A stretch of 64,000 bases of DNA from Pseudomonadota bacterium (GTDB lineage Bacteria; Bdellovibrionota_C; UBA2361; SZUA-149; DAOLCO01). The stretch covers positions 25,360 through 89,359 of the forward strand of contig JAIYCX010000037.1 of assembly GCA_027487795.1 (NCBI GenBank), given 5' to 3'. Shown here piece by piece: positions 1-9,046 of this stretch. Positions within the stretch are counted from its first letter, which is position 1, and every line of letters starts with the position of its first letter. The notes below the pieces were generated by a model. That model saw nothing but the letters and a program-made list of their open reading frames with translations. It searched no databases and was not told the DNA's origin. The translations under genes were made by a program, and so were the position numbers.

Positions 1-83
1 CCTCTCCACTCTACCCCCGAGCTTCGCAGGATTCATTCTGCATAGCCAGGCAGGGCGGGGCTGCTGTTGTGGGCGACGCAGGA

Positions 84-160
84 TGGGGTGAATGATGGGG
101 CTCGAACCCACGACAACCGGAACCACAATCCGGAGCTCTACCAACTGAGCTACATCCACC
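84..160 (-). tRNA. tRNA-His (GUG) with G-1 and encoded CCA
   Basis: Reverse complement GGTGGATGTAGCTCAGTTGGTAGAGCTCCGGATTGTGGTTCCGGTTGTCGTGGGTTCGAGCCCCATCATTCACCCCA: cloverleaf, anticodon loop TTGTGGT, TTCGA T-loop, C discriminator, 3' CCA. Confidence 0.97.
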
Positions 161-208
161 AGATATAACTGACCATTTTGAAAAAGTATTCTATTTCAAG
201 TCAGGGTT

Positions 209-1024
209 TTAAGTCAAATCGGTACTAGCTTTTTTACTAGGCTTCTTTCCTAAATAGCCATAATAACCATAATAACCGTATTGTCTTAAAGAATCTGAAC
301 ACTCATTTAGGACTATTCCAAGTAGAGTGTGTGGTTTTAGCAGATTTACTGCTTCTTTTACTAACTGCTTTTCTGTTCTCCATGCACGAGCTACTAATAA
401 GGTAGCAGATGCTAATTGAGAAATAGATAATACTTCAGAACACATTAGAGACGGAGGACAGTCGAGGACCACATGTCTATAATTCTTTTTTAATTCAGTA
501 AGTAAGAGTTTAAAACCGGGAGATTCTAATATTCTTGTTGAATCCACTACGTGCGATCCGGCAGTTATGACATCTAAACCAGGCTCAACTTGCTTGATAA
601 CTTTATCATATATTTCTCCTCCAACTAACAAATCACTTAGACCTGGAGCATTATTTAATTTAAAAAAACGATGGACATTCGGTTTTCTAAGATCACAATC
701 AACTAAAATTGTAGAACCTTCTGGGTCATTCGCAAATGCCCTAGATAAATTAATAGAAACTAAACTTTTACCTTCAGAAGGTACTGCACTTGTGATAGCT
801 AAACAGTCTGTTTTTTCTATAGATAAACTTTGTCGATCTAATTGAGCTCTAAGCATTCTAAAACGCTCTGCTGCTTCTAAATCAAGTGTTGCTCCATTTG
901 ATAGTAATATATAGCCATCCGAAAGACTACCTGCTTCTCCTAAAATAAGATCTGTATCTGGAATTAGAGTTTTACTGCGGAACTTACTTTTTAATATAGT
1001 AAGTAATTTATTTAAAAATTTCAT
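209..1024 (-). CDS. CpsD/CapB-family bacterial tyrosine kinase (stand-alone Wzc kinase domain)
   Basis: Walker A PSEGKS, A' LVDCDLRKP, B VVLDCPP, C-terminal Tyr cluster YGYYGYYGY. Confidence 0.92.
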   Translation of the reverse strand: MKFLNKLLTILKSKFRSKTLIPDTDLILGEAGSLSDGYILLSNGATLDLEAAERFRMLRAQLDRQSLSIEKTDCLAITSAVPSEGKSLVSINLSRAFANDPEGSTILVDCDLRKPNVHRFFKLNNAPGLSDLLVGGEIYDKVIKQVEPGLDVITAGSHVVDSTRILESPGFKLLLTELKKNYRHVVLDCPPSLMCSEVLSISQLASATLLVARAWRTEKQLVKEAVNLLKPHTLLGIVLNECSDSLRQYGYYGYYGYLGKKPSKKASTDLT

Positions 1025-1034
1025 AATTGGCTAA

Positions 1035-2591
1035 CTAGATTGCTAATAAAATCACTAATATCCCAAATATAGTAACTCCAATTGAGCTATATAATGAAGT
1101 GAGGATAAGTTTTCTTCTCTGTTCCCTGCTTCCACTAGTATTAAGTGGTGGAATTAGTCCTAAAATTGGAAGTTCATTAAATGTTGCCTCTACATCCTTC
1201 TTAGATTTAAAAGCTCCGTTAAAAAAGTAGAATGCTACGGGTACCCCTAAAAAAACTATTAATCCAAATATGAATCCTCCCAAAAAAATTAAAATTCTAT
1301 CTGGTCCAGCTGGTTCTTCAGCTTTTCTAGGTGGTTCTATTATTCTAAATCTAGATCCGCGTTGACTTTGAATTAAATTTGCTTGGATAGCGGATCTTTC
1401 TCTTTCCATAACTAGCTTATCGTATATTAATCTAGTTGTTTCATAATCTCTCTCTATTTCTATTAGCTCAACTTCCTTAATAGGAATTGATCTAATTACT
1501 TTATCTAACTCTTCTAAACGTTTTTTATTTAGTTCATTTTCATTTGTAAGAGCAGTATTTCTTACTTGTAGTTCATTAATTTCTCTCTTAATTACTCGAC
1601 CTTCTCTATTACTATTTGATGAAGATCTTGCTGGACCTTTGGAAGTGGAACTACTTCCAGCTCCCCTTGCTTCAAGAGTTTCTATTCTTTTCTGTACCGC
1701 CAAGACCTCGGGATGTTTATCTGAATATTTACTTTTTAAAATACTTAAAGCTTGTTTTTGTGAAGATAAGCTACCTAGATCATCAAGGTTAGATTCTGAA
1801 ACAGACCCGCTAGTATCTCTAGAAGCGACTTGAAAGTCCTGTTCTAAATAGCTAATCCTGCCTTTATTCTGCAATATAATCTGTGAATTAGTCGAAATTC
1901 TACCACTGAGTTCTCTATGATCGGTAATAGCTCTTTCTCTCTGTTCTGGAAGTTTCCCAGCGTTACGACTCATATAATCTTGTCGTTTTTTTTCTATGTC
2001 TTGCAGTCTGTGTTCCACATCTTTCAATTGTGAATTAAAAAACTCTTCAGTACCTTGTGTTTCAGATCTTACTGAAATTAAACTTTCTTGAACTAACGCA
2101 TTTTGAAGTTCTGTAGCTACGTTGTATGCAAGATCTCTATTTTGGTGGGAGAAACTAACTCTAAAACTTGGTGAGCTATCCTGCGATTTACTTATTAGAG
2201 ACTGAAGAGTTTGTAATGCATATGCTTTTTGAAATTTCTTAATTGCCTCATCTTGCTTAGAAATTCCTTTTAAATTTGGATAAAGATTTAGTCTTTGAAT
2301 AATTTTTAAAAGTCTTTCTCTTGAAATTAATTCTTGAATCAAAGCATCAAACTTTTCACTTTCTTCTTTTTTTGTTGAATTATCTAATAAATTACTTTGA
2401 ATCTGTTGAGGTTGAACATAAACAGAAAAGTCAGAAGTGAAATAACTAGGTAATCTAATAGATACTAAGGCAACTAAAACAAAAACTGCTAAGGCAGGCG
2501 GTAAAGATAGTCGCCAATATCTAGTGAAGGTAGTTTTTATATTACTCAAAATTTCCAGAGGGCTGGCAGATTGAGTTTCGTTAAAGTTCAT
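1035..2591 (-). CDS. Polysaccharide co-polymerase / chain-length determinant (Wzz/GumC, PCP-2 type)
   Basis: N-terminal TM, long coiled coil with KYSDKHPEV motif, RIIEPP...GPDR before the C-terminal TM; adjacent to the kinase. Confidence 0.9.
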   Translation of the reverse strand: MNFNETQSASPLEILSNIKTTFTRYWRLSLPPALAVFVLVALVSIRLPSYFTSDFSVYVQPQQIQSNLLDNSTKKEESEKFDALIQELISRERLLKIIQRLNLYPNLKGISKQDEAIKKFQKAYALQTLQSLISKSQDSSPSFRVSFSHQNRDLAYNVATELQNALVQESLISVRSETQGTEEFFNSQLKDVEHRLQDIEKKRQDYMSRNAGKLPEQRERAITDHRELSGRISTNSQIILQNKGRISYLEQDFQVASRDTSGSVSESNLDDLGSLSSQKQALSILKSKYSDKHPEVLAVQKRIETLEARGAGSSSTSKGPARSSSNSNREGRVIKREINELQVRNTALTNENELNKKRLEELDKVIRSIPIKEVELIEIERDYETTRLIYDKLVMERERSAIQANLIQSQRGSRFRIIEPPRKAEEPAGPDRILIFLGGFIFGLIVFLGVPVAFYFFNGAFKSKKDVEATFNELPILGLIPPLNTSGSREQRRKLILTSLYSSIGVTIFGILVILLAI

Positions 2592-2823
2592 ATAATTAGT
2601 TAGGAATCTAGTGGTTGATGCGGTAAAACAAAGTGAATAAATATTTAAAATGGCTTAATAACAGTATGTTTTGTTATGTGAAAGATTAAATATTAGATTC
2701 ATTGTCTTTTATGTCTTAATTAAGTTAATTAATTTTATCCGATTAAACGTTATAGTATCCTTTAAAACAAGTTTTGCCTATAACATGTTCAGCTAAATAT
2801 CTGTAAATATTAAACACTTAAAT

Positions 2824-5100
2824 ATGATTTCTTTAAATAATAAAAATAAACTTTTTTTTATAAGCCTAATTACTCTTAGTATTACAATTATAGTCCTCTG
2901 CAATGGATGTTCAAGTAAGAGTAACGACGAAAAATTTGCTGAAAAGATAAAGTCTGCAGAAGAATATAAAAAGAAAGAAAAGTTTCCAGAAGCAAGAATT
3001 GACCTTCAAAGCGCTATCGATCTAAAACCAGAAAACGCAGAAGCATACTATCAACTAGCAGAAGTACTATTAAGATTAAGCGAATACGCTAGAGCACTTG
3101 AAAATTATAACTCGGCTATTAATTATGATCCCAAACATATACTAGCTAGAGTTCATCTTGCGTCTATTCAGATAATAGCCAAGCAGTATGAACAAGCTGA
3201 AAATAATATCAATGCAGTACTTGAATTAGAGCCACAAAATGAAGAAGCTCGAATACTAAAAGCTAATTTAGTTTCTTCAGGTCCTAGAAGAAATGTCAAA
3301 GAAGCTAAAAGTATATTATTAGATGTACTTTCAAAAAATCCAAATAGTGTCCCTGCACTAGGGTCACTAGGACATCTTGAACTTTCTGATGAACAAAGAA
3401 ATACGAAAGATAAAACAAGTGGGGAAAAGCTAGCAGAAGAATATTTTCTTAAAGCTCTAGCAATAGATCCTAAAAATCAAGCTGTGCATATGGCGTTAGC
3501 TGATCTTTATTCAAGACAAGGGCGTTTAGATGAAGCACAAACTGCGCTGTCAGAATTAGTTAATAAGAATCCAGAACAATCAGGATTAAGATATGTATTA
3601 GGTGAATTTTTTCTAAGAAGAGGGCTAAATGATAAAGCTCTTGAACAATATGAACAAATCATAGAAAAAGATCCCAAAAGAAGTGAAGCAAGAGACAGGC
3701 TCTACGATATGTATCTTGCTAGACAAGAGAATGAAAAAGCTAAAACTTTAGCTTCAGATTTAGAAAAAAAACTTAGTAACGATAAACTAATCCCATACTT
3801 CCAAGGAAGAAATGAGGAAATTAATGGCAATTTAGATAAAGCTCTTGTTCTATATCTTCAAGCAATTTCAAATGATAGTACTTTCTCACCTGCTTTTAGA
3901 AAAGCTGGAACCATAGAAATAGCTAAAGGAAAAGTTACAGAAGGAATAGAACACTTAACTCAATCTATTTCAATAGATCCAGGCGATGTTGGTGCAAGAT
4001 TAACATTAGCAAAAACTAATATGCTCAGAGGCAACGTAAACCAAGCAAAGGAACATGTAGAACAAGTTCTCCAACGCTTTCCCAAGCAACTTGGTGCAAA
4101 TATAATTAGAGCTGATATTGCTTTGATAGAAGGTGACGTTGATAGAGCAAGATATGTATACGAATTTCTTACTCAAAATTATCCAAATGTTCCCGTAGGA
4201 TACTATAAATTAGCTATGCTAGAAGAAAAATCTAAAAATTTCGATAAAGCTATAGAGCTATATGAAAAAGTACTTACTTTTGACGAAGGAGTACTCGCTC
4301 CTGGAAGAAGACTAGTTCTTTGTTTGAATGAACAAAAAAAACCTTCTTCAGAAATGATCTCTAAAATTAATACATACAGAGAAAATAGTAAAAAGAGTAA
4401 GGCAGAGTATGATGTTTTAATTGGCTCTATATTAATCGCAGATCCTGGTATTCCAAACCGTATTGAATTAGCAAAAGAGAAATTTAATTCGGCACTTAAA
4501 GAAAATCCTAATTTAATTGGAGCTTACTTTGCCCTAGGCGGACTTGATGCAATGGGAGGTGATACTAAAGCTGCGATTGAAAATTATAAAAAACTACTAG
4601 AACAAGACCCCAATCATATTCCAACAAGAATGTTACTAGCCCTAAACTATGAGAGAGAGAATAATTATTCTGAAGCCGCAGAATCTTATAAAAAGATCCT
4701 AGATAAATCACCAAGATTTGCTCCCGCAGCTAATAATTTAGCATATATATTCTCTGAACATTTGAAAGGCAGCGACTTAAATGAAGCACTAAGACTTGCT
4801 GAAATAGCTAAGGAAGAACTACCTAGAGAAAGCAGCGTCGCTGACACCCTTGCTTGGGTACATTATAAAAAGGGCAATCCAAGGGCAGCATTACCTATTC
4901 TACTAGAAGCTGTAAAAATTGAAAAAGAACAAGAACCTACCCAAGGTATAAATCCCGAAATACTTTATCATTTAGCACTTGTTCAAAAAGACACAGGTGA
5001 TAAATCTGAAGCAAAGAAAACTATAAATCTTGCAATTGAAAAAGCAGGACCTAAGTATCCCTTATTAGAAGAAATGAAAAAATTTGCTAACAGTTTTTAA
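2824..5100 (+). CDS. TPR-repeat lipoprotein, PrsT-like (EPS/PEP-CTERM-associated)
   Basis: Lipobox-like NGC, many TPR units, C-terminal ANNLAY...DTLAWVHYKKG motif; EPS export context. Confidence 0.82.
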   Translation: MISLNNKNKLFFISLITLSITIIVLCNGCSSKSNDEKFAEKIKSAEEYKKKEKFPEARIDLQSAIDLKPENAEAYYQLAEVLLRLSEYARALENYNSAINYDPKHILARVHLASIQIIAKQYEQAENNINAVLELEPQNEEARILKANLVSSGPRRNVKEAKSILLDVLSKNPNSVPALGSLGHLELSDEQRNTKDKTSGEKLAEEYFLKALAIDPKNQAVHMALADLYSRQGRLDEAQTALSELVNKNPEQSGLRYVLGEFFLRRGLNDKALEQYEQIIEKDPKRSEARDRLYDMYLARQENEKAKTLASDLEKKLSNDKLIPYFQGRNEEINGNLDKALVLYLQAISNDSTFSPAFRKAGTIEIAKGKVTEGIEHLTQSISIDPGDVGARLTLAKTNMLRGNVNQAKEHVEQVLQRFPKQLGANIIRADIALIEGDVDRARYVYEFLTQNYPNVPVGYYKLAMLEEKSKNFDKAIELYEKVLTFDEGVLAPGRRLVLCLNEQKKPSSEMISKINTYRENSKKSKAEYDVLIGSILIADPGIPNRIELAKEKFNSALKENPNLIGAYFALGGLDAMGGDTKAAIENYKKLLEQDPNHIPTRMLLALNYERENNYSEAAESYKKILDKSPRFAPAANNLAYIFSEHLKGSDLNEALRLAEIAKEELPRESSVADTLAWVHYKKGNPRAALPILLEAVKIEKEQEPTQGINPEILYHLALVQKDTGDKSEAKKTINLAIEKAGPKYPLLEEMKKFANSF

Positions 5101-5153
5101 AATATTCAAAAAATTAGCATTTTAATAATTAGTAATAAGATTAATTAAAATTT

Positions 5154-5756
5154 ATGATGAAAAAAATAAACTTAAATCTAGCTGCAATCTGTTTAACAGT
5201 TGGGATAGCAATAATGACGGGTTGTGCTGCTGGTAATTACAGCCCTATTTCTGAGCTATCAGAATCAAAAGATAAATCAAAATCATATATAGTTAAACCA
5301 GGAGATATTCTAAATATTCAGGTTTGGGGAGAACCTAAGGTTTCCGGCGAAGCCGTTGTCAGACAAGATGGTAGATTTTCTATCCCCTTAGTAGACGAAG
5401 TTCAAGCTGAAGGTCGTAGCCTAACAGAAATAACAAATGATTTAGTGAGCAAATTATCAGAGTTTATACCATCAGCTTCAGTTAATATTTCATTAAATCA
5501 ATCTTCAGCAATAGTCTATTATTTAACAGGTACATTTGCTAAGCCTGGTGAATTTAGAACGGACAAGCAAGTTACTATTTTACAAGCAATTGCAACTGGT
5601 GGTGGATTTGCACCTTTTGCGAACAAGTCTAATTTAGTTCTTATTAGAAAGTCTGGAGAAAATGAAAAAAGATACAGACTTAGTTACGAAAAAATAATAG
5701 AAGGTTTACAACCTAATCCTCAATTAGAAACTGGTGATATATTATCAGTTCAGTAA
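5154..5756 (+). CDS. Short polysaccharide export (OPX/Wza-like) lipoprotein, Poly_export plus one SLBB domain
   Basis: Lipobox MTGC, YIVKPGDILNIQVWGE...VRQDGRFSIPLV signature, AIATGGGF, ends LETGDILSVQ with no C-terminal helix. Confidence 0.9.
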   Translation: MMKKINLNLAAICLTVGIAIMTGCAAGNYSPISELSESKDKSKSYIVKPGDILNIQVWGEPKVSGEAVVRQDGRFSIPLVDEVQAEGRSLTEITNDLVSKLSEFIPSASVNISLNQSSAIVYYLTGTFAKPGEFRTDKQVTILQAIATGGGFAPFANKSNLVLIRKSGENEKRYRLSYEKIIEGLQPNPQLETGDILSVQ

Positions 5757-5772
5757 ACATTAAGATATTCTA

Positions 5773-7476
5773 GTGTCTAAAACTAATATTCAATCAAATA
5801 AAATAAAGCTAGGTCTTCTAGGACCAGAGTACTCATACTCCGACCTAGCTTCTACAAGAATTAAACTCCCCCACTCTAAATATTATACAAAAAATATTTT
5901 AGAATGTATAAAAAAAGTGAGTTCATCTGAACTAGACTTTTGTCTAGTACCATTAGAAAACATATTAAATGGCATGGTAGGTGAAACAATTGATGCGCTA
6001 TCTAAGTATAGCGAGTCAATAAAGATAATTGATTCTTGTATATATCAAATAAATCACTGCATAGGGGTAAAATCAAATTTCGAGGGCAATCTAAAAGATA
6101 TTACAGAAATCTATTCTCATCCTCAAGCTAGTGGACAATCACTAGATTTTATTGATAAACAACTAGCTAACGTATGTATAATTGGAACAGATAGCACAAG
6201 CGAAGCTGTTAGATTGATGTCTGAATCTTCCAACATCTCTTCAGCTGCAATAGCTTCTGAAGAAGCCTTAAAAAAATATAGCTCAAAAATATTAACACAG
6301 ATTCCGCTAGAGAGCTTAAATTTTACAAGGTTTATTTTAGTTACAAATAAAAAATTACCTGTTCATAATTTAGAGATACTTCCAGCTGGAAATAAAAAAC
6401 ATATCACTTCTTTTTGCATAAACCCAAGAAGTGATAGGCAAGGTCTACTACTTGATTTACTTAACATTATTTCAAAAGATTATGGATGTAACCTTGCAAG
6501 TATCCATTCTCGACCTGATAAAGCAGGAGGGTTTATCTTCTTTTTTGAAATTGAAGGGTCAATAGAAACTACAGAAATAAGTGAGTGTATAAAAGAATTA
6601 GATAGATTTTGTAAAAATGACACAGGAGGAAGAGCATACTTATCTCTACTAGGTAGTTATCCTAAAGAGATTTTTTCCGGCGGGAAAATTAAAAAAATCT
6701 CTATTATCGGCGGCGATGGAGTAATGGGTTCGTGGTTAAAAAGTTTTTACGAGAAAAATGGAATTACAACTGAATCTATAGACTTGAAAAGCGATAAATC
6801 AGAGCTTAAGAATTCTGATGTAATAATATTTTCTGTCCCCATGAACTTGATAGAACATATTTGCAATGAACTTAAAGAATTTATCAATCCTAAGGCACTA
6901 CTAGTAGAGAATTGCTCAGTTAAATCTAATTGCTTAACAAAAATAAAAGACATCTTTCATGAAGGTCAAGAAGTGCTTGGCATTCACACTATGTTTGGTC
7001 CAAGTGAAGATAGCTTGAAAGGCCTCAATGTAATAGTTACAGAAATTTCACCCTCATCAGAGATAGCTCAAGAGTATATTGATTTATTTTATAAAGACGG
7101 AGCAAAAATATCAAAAGCAAGTATTGAGGTTCATGATAAAGCAGTAGCGATACTTCAAGGTCTAATTCAATTTAACTCATTTACATTAGCCAGTATGTTA
7201 TCAAATGAAGAGTTGGATATTAAATCATTAAAACCTTTTCTTACTCCTAACTCCATATCCGCACTATCTTCCTTGGAAAAATTTCTTAATCAGTCAGAAG
7301 ACTTAGTTTACGATATTCAAACCTTAAATCCTGAAGTGAAAAAAATACGTGAGAGTCTTGAACAAGCCATTGAATATTTGATAACATCACTTGATAATAA
7401 AAATGACTTTAACAAACTATTTTCGAATTATAAGAATAGTTTAAAAAACAATCTTAGGTACTTATTAGAAGACTAA
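5773..7476 (+). CDS. Prephenate dehydratase (PDT+ACT) - prephenate dehydrogenase (TyrA-like) fusion
   Basis: LGPEYSYS, PLEN, SHPQA, NFTRF, ACT with IHSRP; then IIGGDGVMG Rossmann motif, SVK, HTMFGP, HDKAVAILQ. Confidence 0.85.
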   Translation: MSKTNIQSNKIKLGLLGPEYSYSDLASTRIKLPHSKYYTKNILECIKKVSSSELDFCLVPLENILNGMVGETIDALSKYSESIKIIDSCIYQINHCIGVKSNFEGNLKDITEIYSHPQASGQSLDFIDKQLANVCIIGTDSTSEAVRLMSESSNISSAAIASEEALKKYSSKILTQIPLESLNFTRFILVTNKKLPVHNLEILPAGNKKHITSFCINPRSDRQGLLLDLLNIISKDYGCNLASIHSRPDKAGGFIFFFEIEGSIETTEISECIKELDRFCKNDTGGRAYLSLLGSYPKEIFSGGKIKKISIIGGDGVMGSWLKSFYEKNGITTESIDLKSDKSELKNSDVIIFSVPMNLIEHICNELKEFINPKALLVENCSVKSNCLTKIKDIFHEGQEVLGIHTMFGPSEDSLKGLNVIVTEISPSSEIAQEYIDLFYKDGAKISKASIEVHDKAVAILQGLIQFNSFTLASMLSNEELDIKSLKPFLTPNSISALSSLEKFLNQSEDLVYDIQTLNPEVKKIRESLEQAIEYLITSLDNKNDFNKLFSNYKNSLKNNLRYLLED

Positions 7477-7480
7477 ATTT

Positions 7481-7843
7481 ATGAAAATTAAAAATATTTA
7501 TAAAACATTTTATTACGTTTCTATATTCTTTTTAGTATTTTCAATTAATATACAAATATCAAACACATTATTAGCTCAGGGCTCAGGGCCAACTGGTTCT
7601 TTTACTGAAGCTGGTCTAGATGATAGTTTAATTCGTAATGCCGTTGGAAACTTGCTCAGACTATTAGAAGGAGCATTTGGCGCTTTAATAATGGTCGTAG
7701 CGGGCATATTAGCTATTATTGCAGCAGCAATGGGAAGTTATAGAGCCGCAATGGGTATGCTAGTAGTTGCACTTGGTGCATTTATATTAAGAGCTCTAGT
7801 CTCTCTATTTTTTGGATCTGATTTTGAAGCCTATCAGTTATAA
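7481..7843 (+). CDS. TrbC/VirB2-like pilin-type small membrane protein
   Basis: Signal peptide ending LLA|Q, then two Gly/Ala-rich hydrophobic helices with a short basic linker (GSYRAA); 120 aa. Confidence 0.55.
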   Translation: MKIKNIYKTFYYVSIFFLVFSINIQISNTLLAQGSGPTGSFTEAGLDDSLIRNAVGNLLRLLEGAFGALIMVVAGILAIIAAAMGSYRAAMGMLVVALGAFILRALVSLFFGSDFEAYQL

Positions 7844-8900
7844 TTCAATAATAGATTTTTTAAGCACAATTTCCGAATTTAAGTTTCTTGGTCAGAACGC
7901 TGACAATCTGTTATACGGGATATTAGTTTTTATATTTAGTTTAGTTTCACTTAAGTATACAAAACAACTATTACATAAAAAATTAAAAGGTCACCACTCT
8001 ACCTCTAAACTACAATATTTAGTAGAACCTGGTATACTAGTACTTACAAATTTTACTTCTTTACTTCTAGTTACCATTTCTATTTATCTGGGTTCTACTT
8101 TTTTAGTATTTGGGAAAAAATCACATCAAACTTTTTTAACTTTTTTAACTATTGTTTTTTTCTACCAATTAGGAATCTGGTTAGACGAACTCGGTCAATA
8201 TGCTCTAAAAAAACGTTTTGCTAGTCATAATTCTGAAGATAATACATATGCGACTTCTAGTTTCTGGTTAATTTCTTTCTTCATAAAAGTACTTAGTTGG
8301 TTACTGATTGTCTTAGTTCTATTAGATAATATAGGTATTAATGTCACTGCCTTAGTTGCAGGTTTAGGCATTGGTGGTATAGCGATTGCGCTAGCTGTTC
8401 AAAATATTCTTAGCGACTTACTTTGTTCATTATCCATAGTCCTAGATAAGCCATTTGAAATCGGGGATTCTATAGTTGTAGGTAAGATCAGCGGAAAAGT
8501 AGAAAAAATTGGGGTTAAGTCTACTAGAATAAGAAGTATAAATGGAGAACAAATAGTAATTGCTAATTCTGACTTAATAAAAAGTCAGATCTCAAATTTT
8601 AAAAGTCTAGAAGAGCGAAGAGCGGTTATTTCGCTTTCCTTAGACTATATAAACGAAAATGAAATACTAAAAATAATCCCTAATATTCTAAAAGAAATAA
8701 TTAATTCTCATCAAACTGTACGCTTTGATAGAGCTCATTTAATAAATCTAGCTGAAGCAAGTTTACAGTACGAAGCTGTATACTTTGTTCAGTCCTCCGA
8801 TTACCCTCATTTTATGGATATACAACAAGCTATTAATTTTGAAATTTTAGATGCTTTTAAAAAACAAGATATTAAGCTCTTTCATACCCAAACTAAGTAA
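7812..8900 (+). CDS. mscS: Small-conductance mechanosensitive channel
   Basis: ALVAGLGIGGIAIALAVQNILSD, DKPFEIGD, GKVEKIGVKSTRIRS motifs; exact start uncertain. Confidence 0.93.
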   Translation: MDLILKPISYNSIIDFLSTISEFKFLGQNADNLLYGILVFIFSLVSLKYTKQLLHKKLKGHHSTSKLQYLVEPGILVLTNFTSLLLVTISIYLGSTFLVFGKKSHQTFLTFLTIVFFYQLGIWLDELGQYALKKRFASHNSEDNTYATSSFWLISFFIKVLSWLLIVLVLLDNIGINVTALVAGLGIGGIAIALAVQNILSDLLCSLSIVLDKPFEIGDSIVVGKISGKVEKIGVKSTRIRSINGEQIVIANSDLIKSQISNFKSLEERRAVISLSLDYINENEILKIIPNILKEIINSHQTVRFDRAHLINLAEASLQYEAVYFVQSSDYPHFMDIQQAINFEILDAFKKQDIKLFHTQTK

Positions 8901-9019
8901 GTACTAATCGGTCTTGAGATAGGAAATTTTTGCCTAAATAAACTTCTGTTTTTTACTTGAGAAAAGCTAAACTACTGTTTTTTTTAATAATTAAGTCAGT
9001 AATACCTTCCTCTCACAAC

Positions 9020-9035
9020 TAGCATATTTCTTGCG
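9020..9035 (+). promoter_or_regulatory. Possible sigma54-like (-24/-12) promoter for flgKL
   Basis: TAGCATATTTCTTGCG matches TGGCAC-N5-TTGC spacing but has AG instead of the near-invariant GG. Confidence 0.3.
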
Positions 9036-9046
9036 ATTATATCAGT

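Noticed and set aside
2718-2745. TCCGATTA upstream of the TPR gene as another sigma28 site
   Set aside because: Imperfect -10 and no -35 at 16-17 nt spacing.
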